Part shown: positions 21,218 to 30,406 of the stretch, one piece after another
Layout: each line of letters opens with the position of its first letter
Position numbering within the stretch: the first letter of the stretch is position 1
DNA from: an uncultured Flavobacteriaceae bacterium
GTDB lineage: Bacteria > Bacteroidota > Bacteroidia > Flavobacteriales > Flavobacteriaceae
NCBI GenBank assembly: GCA_963816375.1
Contig: CAWFKK010000005.1
Coordinates: 7,345-71,344 of the forward strand
Direction of reading: 5' to 3'
DNA: 64,000 nucleotides
Notes under the pieces: generated by a model
Seen by the model: the letters and a program-made list of their open reading frames with translations, nothing else
Databases searched by the model: none
Told to the model about the DNA's origin: nothing
Made by a program: the position numbers and the translations under genes

Positions 21218-22517
21218 TTAATATTTCAGCCATTTATAGAGCTCCTTGTAGGTAGGTTTTTTACCATACATTAAAATTCCAACTCTATAAATCTTGGCTG
21301 CCAACCAAAGCACTCCTACATTCGTTAAGATAAGAATAGCAATAGAAATTGCCAGTTCATACCAGGGCACTCCAAATGGAATTCTCATTAACATCACAAT
21401 TGGCGATGTTAAAGGGATCATAGAAAAAATGGTTGATACCGTGCCATGGGGATTTTCTATCACAGAGAAAAATCCAACATAAATCCCTAACATTAATGGT
21501 AGAATGATAGGAAACATGAATTGCTGGGTATCGGTTTCAGAATCTACCGCTGCTCCAATAGCTGCATAAATTGCACTGTATAAGAAGTAACCTCCTAAAA
21601 AGTAGATCACAAAGAATATCACCAAGGTGAGAATTGGCAAATTACTTACATCTAAAAGCAATTGTTGTACCTCAGAATTGGAGATCTGATCTAATCCTTC
21701 CTGGGCTTGAGATGGCGCACTGGTAAGATCTAAACCTGTAAAATAAGAAGCTGCAAACAAAAGCGTAACTCCCAAAACTACCCAAATTGCAAATTGAGTG
21801 ATTCCGGCCAAAGAAGTACCCAAGATCTTCCCAAGCATTAACTGTATTGGTTTTACAGAAGAAACTATGATTTCTATGATCCTGTTCGTCTTTTCTTCTA
21901 TAACGCTACGCATCACCATGTTCCCATAAATAATGATGAACATCATTAGCAAATATCCCGCAGCACCTCCAAAGAACATCTTGATATAATTAGACATTTT
22001 CGAGGTTCTCTTCCCTGCAAAATTCTCAATTTGAATATCTACTCTTGTCTCTGAAGATTCTATTTTGGACAGATCTACCCCGTTAGAAACCAATTCTCTA
22101 TTGGTTAATTTCTCTTTGATTGTTCGCTCTATCTGCTGAAGACTACCAAGCGAAGGAGATTCTTTGGAATAGAATTTTATAGCTTGAGCAAGCTCTCTAT
22201 TGTTCTTTAAATTAGGAATATATAAAAGACCATAATATTCTTTATCTGAAGAATTTTGTTTTGCTTCTTCCAAGGAAAGACTGGAGAGATCTATAAATTT
22301 AAAATCTTCAGAATCTTCAAAATCGTTCGCAAAAAGACCACTATCATCTTTAATGGCCATGGTATGCGTTTCATTATTATTAAGCATACTTAAATAAGCC
22401 ACCAAACAGATCATCCCCACCAAGTATAAGCGGGCTTAGAAATGTCATAACTATAAAGGTCTTATTTCTAACTCTGGCAAGATATTCTCTTTCCAGGATG
22501 AGTTTTAAATTATGCAT
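21218..22517 (-). CDS. ABC-2 transporter permease (NatB-like; frameshift near 22425)
   Basis: REYLARVRNKTF, VIEEKTNRIIEIIVSSVKP, IYRVGILMYGKKP. Confidence 0.9.
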
Positions 22518-23437
22518 TTTTGGTAACGGTTTTAATAAAAATATCGTTTACAGAAGGAATTACCTCCACAAAATGATTCACAGTCCCTTTGAGATTAAAT
22601 AATGCACAAATCATTTGCAGATTCTTCAGGTTTAAGCTGAATGCTTAATTTAAGATCATCGGTAATACTTTTAAAATGAGCTTTTCCAACCTTAAAATTC
22701 TGATTCAATTCTTGAAGTAATACTGCTTCATCTCTAGGGTGAATTCCAACTTCAAAAGTGTTAGACTTATAAGCTCTTTTAATATCATCTACTTTTCCAT
22801 CAAGAAGTTTGTTGGATTTATGAATAAGTGCCATAAAATCGCATAATTCTTCAACACTTTCCATTCTATGGGTAGAGAATAAAATGGTTGCGCCATCTTC
22901 TCTAAGCTGAAGAATCTCATTCTTTATAAGATCTGCATTTACAGGATCAAATCCGCTAAAAGGTTCATCAAATATCAATAGTTTTGGCTGATGCAGCACG
23001 GTGATAACAAACTGTACTTTTTGAGCCATCCCCTTAGATAACTCTTGAATTTTCTTATCCCACCAATGGGTAATATCCAATCTTTTAAACCAGTATTCTA
23101 ATCGTTCTTTTGCCTGAGCTTTAGTTAAACCCTTTAGTCGTGCCAGATATAAAGCCTGTTCCCCAACTTTCATAGATTTATATAAACCTCTTTCTTCTGG
23201 TAAATATCCAATCAAACTAATATCTGAAGGATGAAGGGGTCTACCATCCAAATATACCGTACCGCTATCTGGCATGGTTATTTGGTTGATAATTCTAATC
23301 AGCGTTGTTTTACCGGCTCCATTGGGGCCTAATAAACCAAATATACTTTGTCTGGGAATGGTGATCGAAACGTCATTTAGTGCAGTAAATTCTCCAAATT
23401 GTTTGGAAATTTTTTCTGCTACCAGGAGATTGTCCAT
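22510..23437 (-). CDS. ABC transporter ATP-binding protein (frameshift near 22605)
   Basis: GPNGAGKTT, LSKGMAQK, IFDEPFSGFDP. Confidence 0.93.
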
Positions 23438-23544
23438 AAATAATAGTTATTCCCGTAAAGATATTGAAATGAGTGCAAACCATAGGTCTTTTCAATAATT
23501 TTTTAAACTGACATAAATGGGTAGCGATGGAACCTATATAAAAT

Positions 23545-23630
23545 GAAAAACCCATCCTTAAATAAAATTCAAGGATGGGAAAAAAAATTGCTATGAAAAA
23601 GAAAAATTATCACTAAAGTTTTTAGTGATA
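23545..23630 (-). ncRNA. Candidate small regulatory RNA (~85 nt)
   Basis: Minus strand: TATATTTG -7 box at 23640-23633, a 9-bp 5' hairpin, unpaired UUUUCUUUUUCAUAGCAA, then a CCCATCCTT/AAGGATGGG terminator with U-tract. Confidence 0.55.
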
Positions 23631-23665
23631 GTCAAATATATAAAAATTATCTTAAATCAATTCTT

Positions 23666-24794
23666 TTAAGAAAACATATCTTTCACTTTTTCAAAAAATG
23701 ACTTATCGCTTTTTTCCGGATTCGGCTGGAAGTTCTCATCAGCAGCCATTCTCTCGAAAAATTCACGTTGTTCTTTATTTAAAGTTTTTGGGGTCCAGAC
23801 ATTTACATGTACCAGCAAATCTCCTTTTCCATATCCGTTAAGATTGGAAATACCTTTTCCTCGTAATCTCAAGATCTTTCCAGATTGAACTCCTTCTTCT
23901 ACTTTAATTCTAACTTTTCCAGTTACCGTATCTATTTCTCTGGAAGCTCCTAATGCAGCTTCAGAATAGCTTATATAAAGATCGTAATGAAGATTATCTC
24001 CTTCTCTCTGTAAAGATGCATGGGCTTTTTCTTCAATTGCAACCAAAAGATCTCCCGGCACTCCGTTACCCGGAGCGTCGTTACCTTTTCCGGTAACTTT
24101 TAACTGCATTCCATCTTCAACCCCCGCAGGAATTTTAATAGAAACGGTTTCTTCCTGAACTTTTAAACCTTGTGCATCTGCATCATCCGGTTTTTTATCT
24201 ATAATCTGTCCGGCTCCACCACAAGTTGTACATGGAGAAGCGGTTTGCATTCTACCTAAAATGGTATTGGTAATTCTGGTAACTTGTCCAGTACCCATTA
24301 CATGTAGTACAGGTTTTATAGGTAGTACCCGCAGCCTGAACTTTACGCTTAACTTTTATTTTCTTTTCTGTACCGTTGGCTATCTCTTCTAAAGTTAAGC
24401 TAACTCTAATTCTAAGATTGCTCCCTTTAACTCTTCGTTGGCCACCGCCACCAAAGCCACCGCCAAATCCAGAAAATCCTCCACCGCCGCCAAAGCCGCC
24501 GCCAAAGATATCTCCAAACTGACTAAAGATGTCATCCATGTTCATGCCACCGCCGCCAAAGCCACCGCTACCATCAAAGGCCTGGTGTCCAAAACGATCA
24601 TATTTGGCTCTCTTATCTTCATTACCTAATATCTCATATGCCTCTGCAGCTTTCTTAAACATATCTTCAGCTTTAGCATCTCCCGGATTTTTATCTGGGT
24701 GAAATTCTATAGCTTTTTTACGATATGCTTTTTTAATTTCGGCAGCAGTTGCTCCTTTGCTTATTCCTAATATTTCGTAATAATCCTGTTTCAT
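23666..24794 (-). CDS. dnaJ: Chaperone DnaJ (frameshift near 24295)
   Basis: J domain HPDKN, G/F-rich region, two CxxCxGxG repeats, C-terminal domains. Confidence 0.97.
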
Positions 24795-24837
24795 CTTCTA
24801 ATTTTGTGAATTTTTAAAGTGACTCGATTGTGGAATT

Positions 24838-25428
24838 TTATTTACCTGTCACCACTTTTGGATAGCGTATAATTCTATCCCCAAGTTTGTATCCGCGCTC
24901 AACAACATCAATAATCTTACCTTTAAGCTTATCTGATGGCGCAGGCACTTGAGTAATAGCTTCATGGATCTCTGCATCAAAAGCATCTCCATTTTTTACT
25001 TCCATAGCCTCAAGACCCTTATTCTTTAGAGTTTCAGAAAACTTATTATGAATTAATTCTACCCCTTTTAAAAGGTTTTTATCTTTTGCCTTCTTAATCT
25101 CATTCATGGCTCTGTCAAAATCGTCTAGAACTGGCAACATAGCTGTCATCACTTCCTGATTTGCAGTTTTAAAAAGCTCCAATCGTTCTTTAGAAGTTCT
25201 TCTTTTATAGTTCTCAAATTCTGCGAACAGTCTTAAAAACTTATCCTTTTCTTTTTCAAGATCGGCTTTTAAGGTTTCACTTTCAGAAGCTTCAGATTCA
25301 TCCTGGTTGTTTTCAACCTCCTCTATCGCTTCATCCATAAGCTCTTCTATTTGATCTTTCACCATTTCATCATTTTTATTGATGTCCTTGTTATTCTCGT
25401 CTTTATAGTTTTCTTCGTTCGTGCTCAT
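24838..25428 (-). CDS. grpE: Nucleotide exchange factor GrpE
   Basis: RLFAEFENYKRR, LPVLDDFDRA, HEAI, GYKLGDRIIR. Confidence 0.97.
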   Translation of the reverse strand: MSTNEENYKDENNKDINKNDEMVKDQIEELMDEAIEEVENNQDESEASESETLKADLEKEKDKFLRLFAEFENYKRRTSKERLELFKTANQEVMTAMLPVLDDFDRAMNEIKKAKDKNLLKGVELIHNKFSETLKNKGLEAMEVKNGDAFDAEIHEAITQVPAPSDKLKGKIIDVVERGYKLGDRIIRYPKVVTGK

Positions 25429-25584
25429 TATTAAACAATATTTGTTTTGGGCTTAATGAAGTCAAAATTACTGCCAATTCTAAAAATTTGCCAAAATGTC
25501 ATCTAAAAAACTTTAATATAGATTTAAGATTTTGGCGCTTTAAGATTGGCTATTTTTGCAAATTAATTTTTCAAACAAAATAAA

Positions 25585-26254
25585 ATGAAAAAAACGATTT
25601 TAAATCTATGTTTAGTAGGAGGAATTGCTCTTGCTACCGTAGCATGTAAGAATGAAAATAATAATGCAGAAACTACCGATGCTAAAGAAATAGCGAATGC
25701 TAACGAAGCAGCAGTAGAATTTGTAGTAGATACAACAGAATCTACCATTGAGTGGAAAGGTGAAAAACCTGCTGGAACTCACAATGGAATAATAAGCATT
25801 TCTGAAGGAACTTTTACAGCTAATGATAGCCTTAGTAGAATCTGGATCTTTTGTAATTAACATGAACTCTATCGAAGTTCAAGATTTGGAAGGTGATGAT
25901 AAAGCTAGTTTAGAAAATCATTTAAAAGGAACAGTTGAAGGAAAAGAAGGAGATTTCTTTAATGTAAATGAATTCCCAAAAGCAACATTTGAAATTACTG
26001 GAGTAGACCAAGTTGAAGGAAATACTATGTTACATGGTAACCTTACTATGAAAGGTGAAACTAAAAACGTTGAATTTCCAGTGAATATTGATGTTGATGG
26101 AGACGAACTTGAATTAACAAGTGAAGCTTTTACTATAGATCGTACTAACTGGGGAATTAACTACGGATCTAAATCTGTATTTGATAACTTAGGTGATAAA
26201 TTTATTAGCGATGATATTACCCTTACCGTAAAAGTGAAAGCTAAAAAAGCTTAA
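25585..26254 (+). CDS. YceI-family lipoprotein (frameshift near 25830)
   Basis: Lipobox VAC; STIEWKG, HLKG..GDFFNV..FP, IDRTNWGI.YGS. Confidence 0.9.
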
Positions 26255-26276
26255 TTTTTATATCAGTATATATTTT

Positions 26277-26307
26277 AAAAACCAGGCCTTATAAGCCTGG
26301 TTTTTTT
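26277..26307. terminator. Bidirectional intrinsic terminator
   Basis: AAAACCAGGC...GCCTGGTTTTTTT. Confidence 0.88.
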
Positions 26308-26308
26308 A

Positions 26309-27211
26309 TTATAAAAGATCTTCTAAAGCTTTTGTAAGATTTTTGAATTGAAATTCATAACCCGCTTCCATTATTTTTTCTGAACTGACTAATTGACTTG
26401 ACAGTACAACGGCAGACATTTCTCCAAGCGCTGCTTTTAGCGCTATTGCTGGTGCATTAGGTAACCAGATGGTCTTCCCTAAAACTTTAGCTATTCCTTT
26501 TATCAATTCTTTATTGGTGACCGGATTTGGTGCTACCGCATTATAAATTCCAGACAATTTATTTTCTAGTACAAAAACAAATATTGACGCAAGATCTTCA
26601 ATATGAATCCAGGATTGCCATTGTTTTCCACTTCCTAAAGCGGTTCCAACATTTAGCTCAATAGGATCTTTCATTTTAGCTAAAGCCCCGCCATCTGCTG
26701 CTAAAACCAACCCAATTCTCACCTTAGAAACTTCCATTCCTAGATCTTTAAATTGATTTGCAGCTTCCTCCCATTTCACTACTACTTCGCCTAAAAAAGA
26801 ATCATCCACCCCTTGATCCTCTTCAGTATATAACTTTTGAAGAGAACTTGGATAAATACCTATTGCACTAGCCGATATAAAATGAGGGATTTTGAATGAA
26901 GAATTTTGAAGCGTCTTATACAACAAAGCTGCCGTATCTATTCTACTGGAAATAATTTCTTTTTTATAACTATCTGTCCAACGTTCTGCAATACTGGCAC
27001 CTGCCAAATGAATAATTGCATCTACATCTTTAAAACAGCTCTCATCTATTTCTTGAGCATCCGGATTCCAATAAAAACCCTGATAGTCTGGTTTTGTTTC
27101 AATCTTCTCTTTGCTAGTGGTAAGATAATTTACAGAAATTCCATCCTGATGGCATTTTGTGGTAATTTCCTTTCCTATAAGGCCTGTAGCTCCCGTTATT
27201 AAAACCTTCAT
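26309..27211 (-). CDS. TIGR01777-family NAD-dependent epimerase
   Basis: ITGATGLIG, HLAGASI, SASAIGIY, GSGKQWQSWIH. Confidence 0.92.
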   Translation of the reverse strand: MKVLITGATGLIGKEITTKCHQDGISVNYLTTSKEKIETKPDYQGFYWNPDAQEIDESCFKDVDAIIHLAGASIAERWTDSYKKEIISSRIDTAALLYKTLQNSSFKIPHFISASAIGIYPSSLQKLYTEEDQGVDDSFLGEVVVKWEEAANQFKDLGMEVSKVRIGLVLAADGGALAKMKDPIELNVGTALGSGKQWQSWIHIEDLASIFVFVLENKLSGIYNAVAPNPVTNKELIKGIAKVLGKTIWLPNAPAIALKAALGEMSAVVLSSQLVSSEKIMEAGYEFQFKNLTKALEDLL

Positions 27212-27279
27212 TTTTTTATTGACAAGGTATTAAACTGTATTGGTATTAAAGCAGGCTTTTATCACAGGTTTAACAGGCG

Positions 27280-27954
27280 TTAAACTTTAGTAGCCCTTAA
27301 CATTTCGCGTTTTCCGGGAGGGCCTTGCAACCTTTCCACTTTATATCCCACTTCCAACATGGCTCTTCTTACAGACCCTTTTGCAGCGTAGGTTACAAGC
27401 ACGCCATTTTGTTTAGTTGCTTTATACATCTTCTCAAAGATCTCTACAGTCCAAAGATCTGGCTGAACTCTGGCCCCAAAAGCATCAAAATAGATAAGAT
27501 CAAAAGCATTTTCATCTGCTATTTCATGGAAAAACTTTTCCTGTTTTCTTAGAAAAAATTTCTCAGAAATTTCCTGGGCAGTTTCCCATGAAACCTCATG
27601 CATTTTATTAAATACAGCAACTGCATTCTCTGCATTCACCTCATCAGCAAAATTTAACTGAGTAACTTCTTCTTCCGCAACAGGATATGCCTCTACCCCT
27701 GTATAGTTAATTTGAATCTCTTTTTCTTTAATTGCAGCCCAGGTCACCAAAGCATTCAATCCCGTTCCAAATCCTATTTCTAAAATAGACACTTCTTTAA
27801 GCTCCTCTCTTTCCAAAACCTTTCTCAGTCCCATTTCAATAAAAACATGATTCGCTTCTTGAATAGCACCATGTTTAGAATGATATTGCTCATTCCACTC
27901 CGGGATATGTATAGTTGTAGAACCATCTCCGGTCTTGATAATTTCTCTTTTCAT
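27280..27954 (-). CDS. mnmD: tRNA mnm5s2U34 methyltransferase (MnmC N-terminal/MnmD-like)
   Basis: EQYHSKHGA, EIGFGTGLN, YFDAF, QPDLW, GPPGKREM. Confidence 0.88.
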   Translation of the reverse strand: MKREIIKTGDGSTTIHIPEWNEQYHSKHGAIQEANHVFIEMGLRKVLEREELKEVSILEIGFGTGLNALVTWAAIKEKEIQINYTGVEAYPVAEEEVTQLNFADEVNAENAVAVFNKMHEVSWETAQEISEKFFLRKQEKFFHEIADENAFDLIYFDAFGARVQPDLWTVEIFEKMYKATKQNGVLVTYAAKGSVRRAMLEVGYKVERLQGPPGKREMLRATKV

Positions 27955-28479
27955 CTATTTGTCTTCTGCAATGAGTACCCCATCTGCAATAAAAGAAAGT
28001 GTTCTTTTGGGTTCTGTTATAGCCGCTATTTCTTCTTCAGATTTACCTCCATCTTTGGCATAATGTTGTTGTTCTTCTACAGAAACTTCAGAAACATAGG
28101 CTTTACCATTAATAACAACTTCTTTCTCTTCGATATCCTTTGGAACAAAAAATCCATAATCTTTGAATTTCACCATCACCGATTCTTCATTCTCCGGTAG
28201 ATCTAAGGTCATCCAACAACCTTTGCTTTTACATACTTCTTCCACTTTTGATGTAAAAGTAACTTGAACAGTGTCTCCAGGTTTCATCATTTTATACGCT
28301 TGTTCCATTTCTAGCGCAGATATTGGCTCTATTGCACCAATCTCTTTTCCGTAACTCTCATAATTAGGCTCTTTATTTACCGAAACAACCTCATTCTCCT
28401 GTTCCGTCTTCTGCGGAGAATTCTTACAAGATGTTAGATAAAGTGCTATAAAAATGACTAAAAAGCTTAATTTTTTCAT
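27955..28479 (-). CDS. DUF4920 lipoprotein
   Basis: Likely start MKKLSF with lipobox TSC; VCKSKGCWM, FKDYGFFVP, HYAKDGG. Confidence 0.85.
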   Translation of the reverse strand: MKKLSFLVIFIALYLTSCKNSPQKTEQENEVVSVNKEPNYESYGKEIGAIEPISALEMEQAYKMMKPGDTVQVTFTSKVEEVCKSKGCWMTLDLPENEESVMVKFKDYGFFVPKDIEEKEVVINGKAYVSEVSVEEQQHYAKDGGKSEEEIAAITEPKRTLSFIADGVLIAEDK

Positions 28480-28587
28480 AATAATTTCAATTTTATGGCT
28501 GTAAATCAACAACCTGTCAAATTTACCAAAACTTTCAATTTTGATTCTAGTTAAATTTCGGTAAATTTGCAATCTAAATTTGACATA

Positions 28588-29661
28588 ATGAAAAACGATG
28601 CAACCATCGCCCTTGATATTGTAAAAGCCCCTACCTCTAAAATTGATTCTGTAGACTTTGAGAATCTTAACTTCGGGCACATCTTTGCAGATCATATGAT
28701 GATTTGCGATTACAAAAATGGCGCCTGGCAAACTCCTCAAATTAAGCCTTATGGGCCAATTCAGTTAGAACCAGCTGCAAAGGTATTCCATTATGGTCAA
28801 GCAGTATTTGAAGGAATGAAAGCCTTCAAAGACGACAAAGATAAGATCTGGATGTTTAGACCAGAAGAAAACTTCAACAGAATTAATAAATCTGCACATA
28901 GATTAGCAATTCCAGAATTTCCAAAAGAGTATTTCTTCGCCGCTTTGGAAGAATTGTTGAAAATGGATAAAGATTGGATCAAAAAAGGATTTGGAAATTC
29001 TTTATATATAAGACCCTTTGTAATTGCTACAGAACCAGGAGTGCTTGCCTCTCCGGGTACAGAATATAAGTTTATGATTATTTGTTCTCCGGCTAAATCT
29101 TATTATAACGGGGAAGTTAGAGTTCAATTTTCTGAAAAATTTAGTCGTTCTGCCGATGGTGGAGTTGGATATGCAAAAGCTGCCGGAAATTACGGAGCTC
29201 AATTTTATCCTACTAATCTTGCTAAAGCTGAAGGTTTCCAACAAATTATTTGGACAGACGCTAGTTCTCATGAATTCCTGGAAGAAGCCGGAACTATGAA
29301 TATTTTCTTCAGAATTAATGATACTTTAGTTACTGCTCCAACAAGCGACAGAATTTTAGATGGTATTACCAGAAAAAGTTTGATCCAACTTGCGGAAGAT
29401 GAAGGAATTAAAGTTGAAGTAAGAAGAGTTTCTGTAAAAGAAATTGTAAACGCCGCAAAAGATGGCTCTTTAAAAGAAATCTTTGGAACCGGTACCGCTG
29501 CCGTAATCAATCCTATTCAAGGCTTTGGATATCAAGGTGAAAAATATGAACTTAAACCTTTAAACGAATCTTATGCTTCTCATTTAAAAGAGAAGTTGAT
29601 GAAAATTCAATACAATCTTGCTGAAGATAAATTTGGATGGAGATATCTTGTAAAAGAATAA
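28588..29661 (+). CDS. ilvE: Branched-chain amino acid aminotransferase
   Basis: FHYGQAVFEGMKA, LYIRPF, AKAAGNY, EEAGTMN, ILDGITR, GTAAVI. Confidence 0.96.
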   Translation: MKNDATIALDIVKAPTSKIDSVDFENLNFGHIFADHMMICDYKNGAWQTPQIKPYGPIQLEPAAKVFHYGQAVFEGMKAFKDDKDKIWMFRPEENFNRINKSAHRLAIPEFPKEYFFAALEELLKMDKDWIKKGFGNSLYIRPFVIATEPGVLASPGTEYKFMIICSPAKSYYNGEVRVQFSEKFSRSADGGVGYAKAAGNYGAQFYPTNLAKAEGFQQIIWTDASSHEFLEEAGTMNIFFRINDTLVTAPTSDRILDGITRKSLIQLAEDEGIKVEVRRVSVKEIVNAAKDGSLKEIFGTGTAAVINPIQGFGYQGEKYELKPLNESYASHLKEKLMKIQYNLAEDKFGWRYLVKE

Positions 29662-29683
29662 TTTTCGAAAAAATATAGAATAT

Positions 29684-29710
29684 AAAAGCCCCAAAATTGG
29701 GGCTTTTTTT
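29684..29710. terminator. Bidirectional intrinsic terminator
   Basis: AAAAGCCCCAA-aa-TTGGGGCTTTTTTT. Confidence 0.88.
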
Positions 29711-30095
29711 ATTTATCTAATATCTGGCTGATATTAGGTTTAAAATAATTTGGCCCTTTTAGCACTTTTCCATCTTCTCTGTAGATAGGATTTCCATCTG
29801 CTCCTAATTTACTCATATTGCTACGCTGAATTTCATCAAAAACTTCTTCTATTTTATGTTGCATCCCATGTTCTATAATCGTCCCACATAAAATATAAAG
29901 CATATCACCTAGAGCATCTGCAACTTCGGTTAAATCATTATTATTTGCAGCTTCTAAATATTCTTCATTTTCTTCTTTCATCAAATTAAAACGAAGCAGG
30001 TTTTTGGCTTCTCCAAGATCTGCCACCGGATTTTCATTACTTCCCAATCCAAATGCATCATGAAATTTACGTACGCTATCTATTCTCTTTTTCAT
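29709..30095 (-). CDS. MazG-like NTP pyrophosphohydrolase
   Basis: EENEEY, EVADALGD, SNMSKLG, REDGKVLKG. Confidence 0.9.
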   Translation of the reverse strand: MKKRIDSVRKFHDAFGLGSNENPVADLGEAKNLLRFNLMKEENEEYLEAANNNDLTEVADALGDMLYILCGTIIEHGMQHKIEEVFDEIQRSNMSKLGADGNPIYREDGKVLKGPNYFKPNISQILDK

Positions 30096-30142
30096 TTCTA
30101 AAATGAGTTTTAAAAGTTAACTTTGCATAAAAATAGCTAAAA

Positions 30143-30331
30143 ATGTTTAGTACCGGACAATGGATCTTTGCTGCAATCTTCTTTGTTTCTTTTGTAGCCA
30201 TTATAATTTATAGTTACCGAAAAGATCTTCAACTTCATAAAAAATATTACAAAGGCAGTCTTTATGTACTTGTAGGATTTCTAGTTTTTATAGGATTGCT
30301 TTTCGTGATCAAGAAATTCTTACACGAATAA
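30143..30331 (+). CDS. Small two-TM hypothetical protein
   Basis: Clean 62-aa ORF preceded by a TAACTTTG -7 box and followed by a terminator. Confidence 0.7.
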   Translation: MFSTGQWIFAAIFFVSFVAIIIYSYRKDLQLHKKYYKGSLYVLVGFLVFIGLLFVIKKFLHE

Positions 30332-30350
30332 AAATCAAAATTTGACCAAT

Positions 30351-30388
30351 AAAAAAACCTCATCAAAATTAATTGATGAGGTTTTTTT
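30351..30388. terminator. Bidirectional intrinsic terminator
   Basis: A7-CCTCATCAA...TTGATGAGG-T7. Confidence 0.9.
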
Positions 30389-30406
30389 CTATTTAAAAAA
30401 CTGAGA

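Noticed and set aside
23593-23616. Plus-strand micro-ORF MKKKNYH*
   Set aside because: Only seven codons, and the promoter and terminator polarity point to a minus-strand transcript. Kept only as a weak alternative to the sRNA reading.
24438-24575. GCCACCGCCAAA-type repeats
   Set aside because: They encode the normal Gly/Phe-rich linker of DnaJ.
28480-28740. N-terminal extension of the DUF4920 ORF overlapping ilvE
   Set aside because: The lipoprotein signal peptide starts at 28479; the extension overlaps the divergent promoter region and ilvE.
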